Shown in pieces: positions 11,333 to 22,365 of a stretch of 64,000 nt of DNA; position 1 is the stretch's first letter, and the number at the start of each line of letters is the position of its first letter. The stretch comes from Harriotta raleighana. Taxonomy: Eukaryota. The notes beneath the pieces are model-generated. The model made no database searches, was not told the origin of the DNA, and was given only the letters and a program-made list of their open reading frames with translations. Location of the stretch: NCBI GenBank assembly GCA_050575255.1, contig JBNZDD010013599.1, positions 1,801,053 to 1,865,052 on the forward strand. The letters are read 5' to 3'. Made by a program: the position numbers and the translations under genes.

Positions 11333-13527
11333 AGGGTGGGAGGGGTGGGCGGGGGGGGGGATAAGAACTAACTAGTTAAACAAGCACTTGTCTTCCGAAT
11401 ACTATTTTGAACGGCTTCAAACAAAGAATTGGCAGTTCCTGCAGTTTTTCTAGGTATTATCCGATTTCAGTCCTTTCCCTGAATCTATAAAAACAACACT
11501 GTTATCTTGGTGCTGTATGATACAACATTTTTTTTAAAAAAAAACTCTCCTGTGAATACAAGCCAGTTCTTGGCTTGTTGATTTCACTTAGATACACAAA
11601 GAAGTATTTTTGGAGCAATTTTGTGCTGAGATTCTGTCTCATGGACACCCCAGTTCAAGATTCAACCATTAATGATTATTTAATTGAACTGTTGAAATAT
11701 GTGACAATGTGATCATGCTCGACACTATAATTAACACATCCACTTGATTGTTAATAAACGATATCCAATATACTTTATAACAAAGCAGAACAGAAACAGT
11801 CATTTTGATAATTTTAGCGAAAACAAAATGCTCAGAAAGAGTTAATTCAATCATGACCAAATTGATACAAAGGGCATTTTATACACAGTGGATTTGAATT
11901 GATCTGAGCTTAGAGCCACACAACTTGTGCATGGATAAGTAAGGTTACACAATATGTTTCTATTGACACGGTAGAGGTCACAGAAAATCAGGTTGCTCCG
12001 AAAACACACAAAGTTATTGGGACTGGATAATGTTACAAAGTGCTCAAGAACATAGTTTGTCGTATGTAGATATGTGTGGACGTACATTATTTATTCCAAA
12101 CGCTCGCTCCTGCCACAGTAAGAGGGGAGCACACTGGAAATAATAGCCCGTTGCTTTTAGTGGTACGAGAGGACAGAATTGCATGTAAATGATTCATTGT
12201 GATCCGATTAATTTCGACAACTGTAGATGTTCCAAGTTCGGCCTTAATTTGTTTGCTCTCTTTAATCGTTTCTGCGCATCTAATTCTTCTCCACAAACAA
12301 TTGTGTTTCAGCGCATGTTTCCATATTACATTTATGCCCCCGATGCTCTTTTTAAAGGTCTCCCCGACCGCTGCAATATTAACGTTTGATAACCTCTCAA
12401 AATAGGTCAGTAAGCATTCGTTTGGCATCCGTAAAAGAAAGCAATACGGCCGCCGTGCGAAGGACATCCCACCAATGCACGGCGAAGTGTGACTTCATTG
12501 CAATTTTCTCCGTTAAAAAACATTTGGAAGCCGTGTTAGGACGGTGAAGCCTGAACAAAAAAACCTCCTTCGCCTTACAAGTCGCCAGCGTTTGTTCGCT
12601 GGGTTGATGGATAGCTGCAACCCGAGACCAGGGTCCAAAATTGAAAAGAAAATCCTGTTTTATTATCAGAAACAAATCTAGCGAGCGGATAGCATATGTT
12701 GTGTTTTGGGACCCCACGCTGCGAGAGTCAGAAGGAAGTGGTCTCACACCAATCAGTAACTTCAAACAACACGATGCAACCACCTGGGACAAAGACTTTA
12801 CCATTAGTCTTGACTGGAAAACCCTCTGATGTCAGCAGACAGCCCAAAGCAGCGCAAGCACTGACCGACAAATTGTCACAAAGGGAGGGAGGATAAGAGC
12901 GATCAATGTCACCCACATTGATTTTCAAATTCTCTCAAAACACTGGCGGAATGAAATTATCTCTCGGCTTGTAATTGAAATGCGGCGGTCGCCTTAACAT
13001 ACGACCACACACACAAAAAACAAAGCCAGTGCCTGGCGTCCAGGCAAGGTATTTGAACGTAATTCCCGAAGGTTAAAATGAGCGACTGCTGACTAAGGCG
13101 TGCGTTACTTCAGTTCAGAACCAAAATATTTCCTCTTCGCATCCCACAACACTGCTAATAACTGCATTTTTTCTGGGAAATTACACTCCAGCCAGCAGGA
13201 AAATATTGATTCTTGACTGACAACCCAGGAGTAAATTTGCAATGCTTATTAGTATTGATGCGGGAGAGAGAAGTGCTATTGGAAAGGAACAATTCAAGTG
13301 AAATTATATGGCTATTGTGACCTAAGCTAATCATAATGTTGTGATTATTCTGGAAGTTATTAGTACTTGGTATATCAATGTAATTTTAAGTATAATGGAT
13401 GCTGGTAAACATTTCACACAAAGCCAATCAGTTCTTGTATAAAATCTGGCTGTGAGTTTCAAAATTTGCTACACACGCTAGGACGTCAGTTTGGTGTTTC
13501 TGTGGAGAGACCAACTCATTCAGCTTA

Positions 13528-13650
13528 CTAATAATAATATTCATAATAATCTTTATTTTTGATTCAATGTCTTTCATGTTGGAAGGCCATCTCAAAATGC
13601 TTCACATGATATAAAATGCTGTGACTGAGTTTTTTTTTTAAGTGAACACC
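13528..13650 (-). mobile_element. SINE 3' fragment, degenerate
   Basis: (taa)n..gtctttcatgttggaaggccatctcaaaatgcttcaca..gtgactg. Confidence 0.55.
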
Positions 13651-14270
13651 TACAATACTACATTGTAAGCTCCGATATCATTATCTAATGATATTTCATT
13701 TATGAGTTTGCCTTTACTTATGATCCGATACTTTTGCATAAGCATTTCATGTTTAATGTTTTAGGTGTAATGTTGGTTTCAAGATTTTTGTTCTAAGAGT
13801 GAGGTTAAAAACTATGATTCGATAAGGAAGGTCAATTATTCCTCATGACTATGCAATCAATGCTCCGTCAAGCAAAGAAAATGCTTTTTAATGTCGAGAT
13901 TAATTATTGATCAAAGTGACTTGCTTCCAATTGTTCCATCACGTTTGTTGACACAAAGATCATATCGAATTTTACATCATACAGCCTGTGTCTCTCCGGA
14001 CAGTAGAGGGACCCAATTTATCATTGTCCTGGCAAAGATGATACTATGGAACACATATCAGCTGAAAATCTTATTGACTGGCTTTTGCAGTGAAATGCTG
14101 TTGATGCAATTTACAAATGCATCCACTTATGTGTCTATCTTTTGTCCCTAATTTGTTACACGGAATACATCCCTCCAGAAAAAAATATTATTGAATCCAC
14201 TTCAATCCACGAATGTTTGGGGGGGGGTCACTGCTGTGCANTTAATTTTCGTCCAGGAAAACAATCTTGT

Positions 14271-14600
14271 GGAATCCCGTAGCTCAGTGGTGAAAGCACC
14301 CGCCTCGCAAACGCGAGACCTGCCTTCAAAACCATGGGAAAGTTTCCTCACTCTACACGCCTGATAATAATTCCATAATAATCCCTCCAGAAAAAAACAC
14401 TATATATATTGAATCCACTTCAATCCACGACTGTTTGGGGGGGGGTCACTGCTGTGCACAACTGACTGCTGTGATTTTGGCCCACAAATATACAGCCAAT
14501 TAGTTTTACAGTATCTTCTGTGAAGTGTTTTGAGACATCCAGAAGATGTGATAAGGCACTGTATCAAACGCAAGGATTAATATTATACTTTGTTATTATC
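14271..14600 (+). mobile_element. tRNA-derived Deu-domain-like SINE, near full length
   Basis: Head cccgtagctcagtggtgaaagcac (A box), body agtttcctcactctacacgcctgataataa..caatccacgactgttt..gctgtgcaca..cccacaaatatacag, tail tcaaacgcaaggatta. Confidence 0.9.
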
Positions 14601-14789
14601 TCATGATATCTCTCTAGTATATATGGATCTCTACAATGTAGCACATCAGACTACTGCAATTCCCTACATACATACAATACATCCCTATTGTATTATTCTT
14701 TTAATGTGACTCAGAGGTACTTATGTCTGGTTGCGATTATAGTGGAAAGGCTTTCTCTGGGTAAAGTTGCAGCATTGAGCGAGAGCGAG

Positions 14790-15090
14790 AGAAAAAAAAT
14801 TCTCTTTCTATATTTAATGAAATGCTTCCGAAAAGAATTACTCCAGCAGGCAGAGTGATGTGCGTGTGGGCTGGTCAACAGGAAGGTGATGTGGTCTCTT
14901 TTCTGATGGATTAAATGATTAATTGGGTTCTCTCCAGTTTGTGCGTAACATAACGTCATCTTTCTAAGACTCTTCGGATTGGTCGGGGGAGAGGGGGTGC
15001 TGTTCATATAACAATTTATGATGTGCATAATACCAGCGACAACATTATTTTGTTGAACAGTTTTATTGCATAATTGAAGAAGAGGGAAGG
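14790..15090. promoter_or_regulatory. Candidate CNE with paired Pbx-Hox motifs
   Basis: TGATGGAT (14904-14911) and TGATTAAT (14916-14923) both fit TGATNNAT; also tttatg/tttatt posterior-Hox-like cores. Confidence 0.4.
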
Positions 15091-15165
15091 ACATTCGAGC
15101 AGCTTTAGTATGGTAGCTGCGTATACAAGACTGTGGATACACAATCCCTGCTTTAGTAAGCACGT

Positions 15166-15385
15166 AAGAACATAAGAATTAGGAGCAGGAGTAGGCCATT
15201 CAGCCCCTCGAGCCTGTCCTGCCATTCAATAAGATCATGGCTGATCTTCTGACCTAACTCTAATTACATGCCCTATCCCCATATCCCCTAATCCCTCTAT
15301 TTAAAAAAAAAATCTATCAGTCTAAGCCTTGAAAATGTTCAATAGAAAATGTCCATAAATTCACTACCCCCTGAGTGAAGAGGAT
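15166..15385 (-). mobile_element. CR1-clade LINE 3' end (shark HER1-like)
   Basis: aagaacataagaattaggagcaggagtaggccattcagcccctcgagcctg..ccattcaataagatcatggctgatct is the characteristic antisense CR1 3' terminus in sharks. Confidence 0.85.
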
Positions 15386-15469
15386 AGTGACTCTCCCATG
15401 CCTGCCACATTCGCTCCCCAGCTCTCCATTCCACCTGCTGCATCGAAACCACTATTCCCATTCTTATCT

Positions 15470-15636
15470 GCTACATGGGGGCATTTCTGTGAGCAAATTG
15501 ACGACCCTACCCTGTTCACCCACAAAGGCACACCGTCAATTACGCATTACAATAAATGACGTGAAATGCTTCTCACGTGAAAAAGATGCCATATCAAATG
15601 CAAGCTTTATTATTATTATTATATCTATTATTATTT
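15470..15636 (+). mobile_element. SINE 3' half, degenerate
   Basis: ctgtgagcaaattgac..ttcacccacaaa..gtgaaaaagatgccatatcaaatgcaag plus (tta)n tail. Confidence 0.6.
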
Positions 15637-17464
15637 TCGCTGCTACTTGCAACGGTGAGCATGGGAGACTTAGAATTGATTGCACACAAGGCAACATGTG
15701 TCTGTATTCATGTACAAAATTTAAAAAAAAAACATACTCAGGCATACAAGATTTTCCAAAAAAAAATGCTTTGTTAAGAACATACAGTATTCAAATTCAT
15801 GCAATGTACAGTACTTTTGGAATATTGAACTNTACAAAATTTAAAAAAAAAACATACTCAGGCATACAAGATTTTCAAAAAAAAACTGCTTTGTTAAGAA
15901 TATACAGTATTCAAATTCATGCAATGTACAGTACTTTTGGAATATTGAACTAAGATTATGTTACCAGAATCATATACTACTTGCACGAACTGTACTTATC
16001 TATTTGGCGATTTGGCGATACTGAGTCTCCTGGATGAGGAGATAATGTCTTTTAAATTGTTTCACCCAGTTCACGAGTGACCATCAGCATTTCAATCTAA
16101 GGCGATTACGATGATATTATTGTACTGCAGTTAAAATCCCCCAAACTCTGAATTCATAAGAATATACACATGAACTTTCAAGCGCTTGCTCAGGAGAACA
16201 AAATGAAATTCCCAGAAGATTAGCAACAAATTTGTTCATTGTGATGATAAAAGCTGAAGGAAATGCATTATTGATCCACTATCCACAGCATCACGCTGTG
16301 ATTGGGATGTATAAATGCTCGCTCACAGAACTGAGCTACGGAACTACTAAAGACAAAGGTTTGGAAAAAAATACCCCCGCTACATTTATAAAGTAACATA
16401 AATTCAATTATATTGTCACATGAAACCTGACATTAAAAATGTGTGAGTGCGTTGTCTCCTTGTGGCTTTAAAACCACTCGCACACAGGGAGCAAGGATTT
16501 GTTAGATCAAAGCATACCAGCTCTATTGTTAGACTCTGATATTATCCAAAGGTTATTTGGGGATAAAATGAAACATAGTCAGCACAGAACTGTGGTTCAC
16601 ATTGTCACTTCATACCTCTACCCGGGATTGCTAAATCTCCTCGGTGTTTGGACTTCAGCGCGATTGGACGTATCATCTGAATTCCCTCAATAACCTTCCC
16701 TCATCTGACTGAGAATTACTATTCCAAGAGTGAGTGCAGAGAAGGGAGCGCCATTGCCAAACGATGACTAGTTAGAGAGAGCGATATGAGAAACGGCCGT
16801 AGAATTGGATTGCAGAAAACAAGTGCAAAATGGAACGATTACTATGTAGAGAATAGGGCACGATTTTAGATGTGAGAGATCGATGCAAACAATCTGCCTG
16901 TATTTAAGGAGATGTTGTTAATGGGCATTGCCACTGTAATACACGAGAAACATGGAAAGGGACAATCATGGCCTCTACTCCACCTATTTAATTTCCCGAG
17001 GGAAAGTTCTACATAAATACACCCTGATCCCCAAAGGTAATCAGTAGTAAGGTTTCCTGAAAGCTATTTGACCATGTTTGTACACAGAGGAATGTACCAG
17101 GAAATCGCTGTCACTTATCCTATCTGCTGCTATAAATTATTTTTCATGATTAAAAAAAAATAAACCCTGAAAGCTCCACTACAAAAGGTCACATTGCAGT
17201 TGGCTATAACATTTGCTCCACATTTCTCCAGCAGTGAATGTCTGAGCATTCTGTTGCTGGCTGCTCTGGGAACTCAATCTAACCGAAAGTACCTCAGTGC
17301 AACGATATTGTACCTTTAAGATATTAATGCGTGCTTGCTCGTCAGTGAAATCCCAAATTTTGAAGACGTTACGTGTAATATTTGGAGTTTATCACCCGCA
17401 TTAACACCCACGTACCCCTATCACATACCCTCCGCAACCCCCGACCGACAATTTAAGTCCAAAA

Positions 17465-17545
17465 TACTGTCTGTCCAGAGCCTTGATACATCCTCCTGAC
17501 ATGAAAGGCGATGTACAAATATAATATTGTGGTTGTTGTTTATTG
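17465..17545 (+). mobile_element. L2 3' tail fragment
   Basis: ctgtccagagccttgatacatcctcctgacatgaaaggcgatgtacaaat plus (ttg)n. Confidence 0.55.
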
Positions 17546-17771
17546 CACTGTTACAGTCAGTGGTTCGTGGATCTCAATGTATTACAGCACTGTCAGAACC
17601 ATTTCCAATGTGGGTCCCTAATCTGTAGTCGTGGCTCATTAGTTTACACGGCTGTTCATTTTTGCAGAGTTACTACACAGATTCCTAGTCTTTAATATGA
17701 CGGTTTGGGCTCCCAGCTTGAATGTAATCTTGCCAAGCAGTCGCAATTTTTTCTTTACAGCTCATTTTCGT

Positions 17772-18135
17772 GGAGCTCCTGTGGCTTAGTGGTTGGAGCA
17801 CTCGCTTTATCAAGCGTGAGACACTGTGTTCGAATCCAGGCAGATCAGGGCGAAACCTTGGGCGAGTTTCCTTACTCCACACACCCGCCTAATAATAATC
17901 CCTCCAAAAAAAATCACAATAATAAAATTGGTCATTTCAATCCATGACTGTTTGTGGGGGGAGACGACGACGGGGGGGGGGGGTGACGCTGCTGTGCGCA
18001 ATTGGCTGCCGCGTTCCGCCCACAAATATACAGTCAATTCACTTTACAGTATACTGTGTGAAGCGCTTTGGGACGTTGATAAGATGTGAAAAGGCGCTAT
18101 ATCAAATGCAAGGATTATTATTATTATTATTATTA
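17772..18135 (+). mobile_element. tRNA-derived Deu-domain-like SINE, full length
   Basis: ggagctcctgtggcttagtggttggagca (A box), gttcgaatcc (B box), core gacgctgctgtgcgcaattggctgccgcg, L2-type tail aagcgctttgggacg..gtgaaaaggcgctatatcaaatgcaagga, (tta)n. Confidence 0.95.
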
Positions 18136-20639
18136 GAACTGTATTGTACTGGCCCCGAGTACAGTCTGTGATGCTATCGCTTGAGTCAATCCACCTTCCA
18201 TTAACTAAGAGTTATTTCCTTTCTTCCCAGATGCTGTTTCTTGCGCGATTTTGTTTATTTTGATCATGAATCTATGCCCTCAGTCATGTTTCTCGTGCTA
18301 ATTTCATTCCCCGTCTTTCTACGCTGCTTGAATTTTGGGACGTGATGTGATGGGAACAATTGCTGTTGTACTCCCAGACTGAGACCTCAGGGATACTGAT
18401 CAAATACTATACCTGGCAGAAGACCAAAGTTCGCCTCTGTGTAACATCAGATGTCACACAAGTCACACTAAATAACAAACTAATGTCTATTGTCCAAGCT
18501 TACTAGTACACCAGTATTCACAGCACAAAAACTTACAAGTCAGCATTGCAATGAATTACACATAAAANGTTGAGGCACTAGTACACCAGTATTCACAGCA
18601 CAAAAACTTACAAGTCAGCATTGCAATGAATTACACATAAAAAAACTTGTAATGCACCTAACATGACACAGTACACACAAGACTATGTCACGGTGGAATT
18701 ATGCAACAAAGTCTAACAAAGTACTTTGTTTTCCATCGTCTAGAATTGAAGTGTAACCTCTATTGAACTCACACTGAATGAACACAAATACTTCATCCAA
18801 CAAGTATTTCAACACAGGAACCCATGGAAGTCTCATGAGTCATGCCAATTCAAGCCACAGTGAGTTTTACGGATACATGGAACTCTTTCTAGTACACACA
18901 ACTATCTGAGCAGGTAGAGAAACTGTGAAACTTCGACCTCGAAATTCAACGTATTGGAACAAACACTGTTGATATCAATCTGATATTAACATCCAAATTG
19001 TTATGAATACTGTATCTCCTAATAAAAACTCTCTACTCTCACTTGAAATTTGTTGAATTTATACAGTACTCAGTACAGTACTTGGACTCACTAAAGTGAT
19101 TATTGTTTTAATTTGTGCGCTTGAATAGCAATTAAGAGCAGAATGCCAAACTGAAATACTTTCAAACCATCACATTACAGCACTGCCCTAAAGCTAATCA
19201 CTGTAGATAGTTGACCCCCTTCATTTATAGTCTTACAGTCTGTCTGGCCATTTGGCATAGTCATTTCACCGTTTGGCTATTGCTTCCGACAGTTAACATT
19301 CTTCAGGGCCAGCAATTAAATGTTCACAGACAGGTATGGGCTGATCAACATTGCAGTTCAAACTGTGAAGTAGTTGTCAGGATATCTCGATTGTCTGAAG
19401 AGATTTACTCAGTCAATCAACCAGCAAACCAAANGCTGAACTAATCAATCAATAAATCATGTGTTCCTATTGGAATGTCTAATTGCTGGCGTGTTCATTC
19501 TGTCTGTCTGCAAGTGGACTAAGATCTCACTACCACTACTCAGTGTATTGCAAACTCCCCAAATCACCCCTCGATCCCCCCCCCCCCCCCNACTGAACTA
19601 ATCAATCAATAAATCACGTGTTCCTATTGGAATGTCTAATTGCTGGCGTGTTAATTCTGTCTGTCTGCAAGTGGACTAAGATCTCACTACCACTACTCAG
19701 TATATTGCAAACTCCCCAAATCACCCCTCGATCCCTCCCCCTCCCCCCCCCCCGCCGCCCCCCGAAATCACCCATCGTTAGGGTCTAACCTTCGATATAA
19801 AATAAATTCAACTTGATTTTTCGACCCATGCGTCCTATCGAAATGCGCAGTATTGAAAATGCCAGCCACCTTAAACGAGAGCACTGTGTCACAAACGTGC
19901 GATATGCTTTCCGATTTATTGCCATTTCATCAAAAGCGGAGGAAAAGCTTTGGCTGGAATAATCCATTCCATTTAGGTCTTAACATGCCTTCGCCCGTCG
20001 CTTGTCACCCTAAGGACAGCCCTTAACTACTCTCTGCGGACAGGTGAGCAGCGCGTTTTGACGACTGTCCTCCCCAGCCGTACATTTGTCGTAGCAAAGA
20101 AAAAAAGTTCCACTGACTTTCCCCGCACAGGTGGCCAGCTGCCTGAAACAAAGGCTTCAAAGATATCAAACTTACACTACTCTGCTCGAAAAGCTTCCTC
20201 TTTTAGATAGGAGAGAGGAATGGGTTCCAGATCGCTATGCGGTGGCCATGGAGGAGCATTCAATAATAATTCTTGCATTTGATATATTGGTATTATTCTT
20301 CTTATTATTTACTCAGCGTCTAACATGGGAAAATGGAAGGTGGGAGTGAAGTGAGTTTGACTTTGTAATACAATAATAATCATCTCGAAATTAGCAAAAT
20401 CTCATATTTGTCTCTTACAGTGTGCAAATGTTAATCTTTCCTTCCAAGCGAGTGTGATTACCGAGAACACAGGGACTGTGTAAGGTAATTCTGATGACTG
20501 TTAAGTTCCGTATGATAGCCAACCTCCTACGAGTGCCCTTTCATTCATACTAAGGTCACCCTACAGCTAAACACATACGATATTCACACTGAATGTTTTT
20601 GACTGTTATTTGAGGACAATGTGGTTCGTTTTAATGCAC

Positions 20640-20900
20640 AGAGGCATTGTGTTTCTTCATAAAATGAGTAGTTAACTTAAAAGGAGGTCACTGGTCATGG
20701 AGAGTTCAAAGGAGGACTTGAAAAAAATTGGCTGGTGTGAACTGGCTGTGCTATGTTGATAACAGGACGTCGTCAGCCCGCAAAAGCTGCCGCGTTTGTC
20801 TACACAACAACATTCGCTTAACTTTTAAATCCATCTCACTTTGTAAAGGGCTTTCCGATGTTTGTTTTACATGCAAGGCGCAACCTAAATGCAACCTTTT
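20640..20900 (+). mobile_element. Old DeuSINE (central and 3' part)
   Basis: gctgccgcgtttgtctacacaacaaca..tgtaaagggctttccgatg..aaggcgcaacctaaatgcaa follows the recalled AmnSINE1/SacSINE1 3' consensus. Confidence 0.6.
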
Positions 20901-21554
20901 GTGGTGTGACAGTTCCACAACAACGAAACTGCCAGTTTGATTTGCACTTGCTTGTATGAATTAATCTGACCAGGGGCCTGGTGTTTTTGCAACCAGCGTG
21001 TTTTTAAAATGTGCTGCCCGCTCAGTTTCTAAAAGATAATGTTGATACCACACGTGCTACGTTTTCAAGGAGATGCTCATTCCCTCACCCACTGCTGTAT
21101 CTTATGATGTGGGGGCATTAGGTTTAAAGTTTGAAGAATTGTCACTGTTGTCAGAGAAGCTAAGCCCCGATCCCATGCTCTGCCTTATCCTATCCCACTG
21201 AGTATGATTTGGGAATTTGGTTAAAGGTGATCGACTCTATTTAAGAGATTATCTTATTCTGTACTGTTAAATTGTACCTCACTTAAAGCTCTGTGATCAT
21301 GCAAAGTAAAGTAGATGCTTTTTCAGAAAAGCTTGCTTCAGTTTCCTTTACAGTTTCCTTGCTTGAGTCAATTGTACATTCCACCATCTTTTACAGTAAA
21401 ATCCCTGCGTTTGATAAAATGTCTTCACGACACAAATCGCCTCTCAAATCACCTCTCAAATGGTCTGCCTCTCAGATCGCTTCACAAGGTATAGAGTAAA
21501 GCACAATATTATGGAGCTGAAACAAACAGTCACTAGACTGTTAAAGTAAGTCTT

Positions 21555-21820
21555 CTAGTAGCCAATTTGCACACAGTAAAGTGTCACAAACTGCCATGGA
21601 GTGAGTGACCAATTTTATCTGGTCAGATAAACAGAGAAGCAAGTCACTGATTTCTCTAATGGTGAATGAGAGCGGGATTAATTTCTCTCCTGTCTGGTGG
21701 CATGGAATATCCTTCAATTTGCTGAAAACAATCACAACTCCTCGGTTTTCTTAAGTAGGAGACCGGAGGGTTGAAGGACGTCAGCAGAACTGGAATCAGC
21801 TGGAAGCCACTGAGACTGAG
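21555..21820 (-). mobile_element. Old DeuSINE, degenerate
   Basis: agccaatttgcacacagtaaagtgtcacaaactgccatggagtgagtgaccaatttt..gtggcatggaat..cctcggttt. Confidence 0.5.
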
Positions 21821-22085
21821 AACATTTCTGATTCTAAAAACAAAGTGGGAAGAATTAGTCATTTGACTCAAACTCCAATTGCAGTATCCTGTGCAGTGAC
21901 TTGACTGGACGTATGGTTGAACAAGCGAACTGAAAAAACAGTAATTCAGCTTGTTCTGCTAGAAGTCAGGCAAGTTTAAGCATAAATTTAGGAAGCTTCA
22001 AAGACACATCCTATAGTCACACAATCAATTCTTCCCACTGCGTTTTCTAAAGCGAGAAATGATCTGCCTCTGAATAGCGTCATAC

Positions 22086-22365
22086 GGAGCCCTGTAGCTC
22101 AGTCTTGACGAGCGAGAGACCTGGGTTCGATTCCAGGCAGGGCGAAACCTTGGGTAAGTTTCTTTACTCCACACGCCTGACAATAATCCCTCCCAAAAAA
22201 AAATTGGTCATTTTAATCCACAACTGTTTGTGGGACACTGCTGTGCGCAATTGGCACCCATAAATATACAGTCACTTCACTTTACAGTATATTCTGTGAA
22301 GCGCTTTGAGACGTCTAGAAGAAGTGGTAAGCTCTAAGTTAAATGCAAAGGTTATTATTATTATC
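22086..22365 (+). mobile_element. tRNA-derived SINE, near full length with small deletions
   Basis: ggagccctgtagctcagt..ctgggttcgattccaggcagggcgaaaccttggg..tgtgggacactgctgtgcgcaattggc..aaatgcaaaggttattatta. Confidence 0.93.

Noticed and set aside
14168-14460. Partial extra SINE body upstream of the SINE head
   Set aside because: Ends at the N at 14241 and duplicates 14380-14460; probable misassembly
15375-15953. 192-aa ORF with an internal repeat
   Set aside because: Runs through a SINE tail and an N-joined duplication (N at 15832); not a gene
17772-17845. tRNA gene
   Set aside because: The tRNA-like A/B boxes are SINE heads continuing into the SINE body; the same applies at 14271, 22086, 35480 and 49941
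18503-19765. Duplications near 18568 and 19434-19740
   Set aside because: N-joined near-identical copies; artefact pattern
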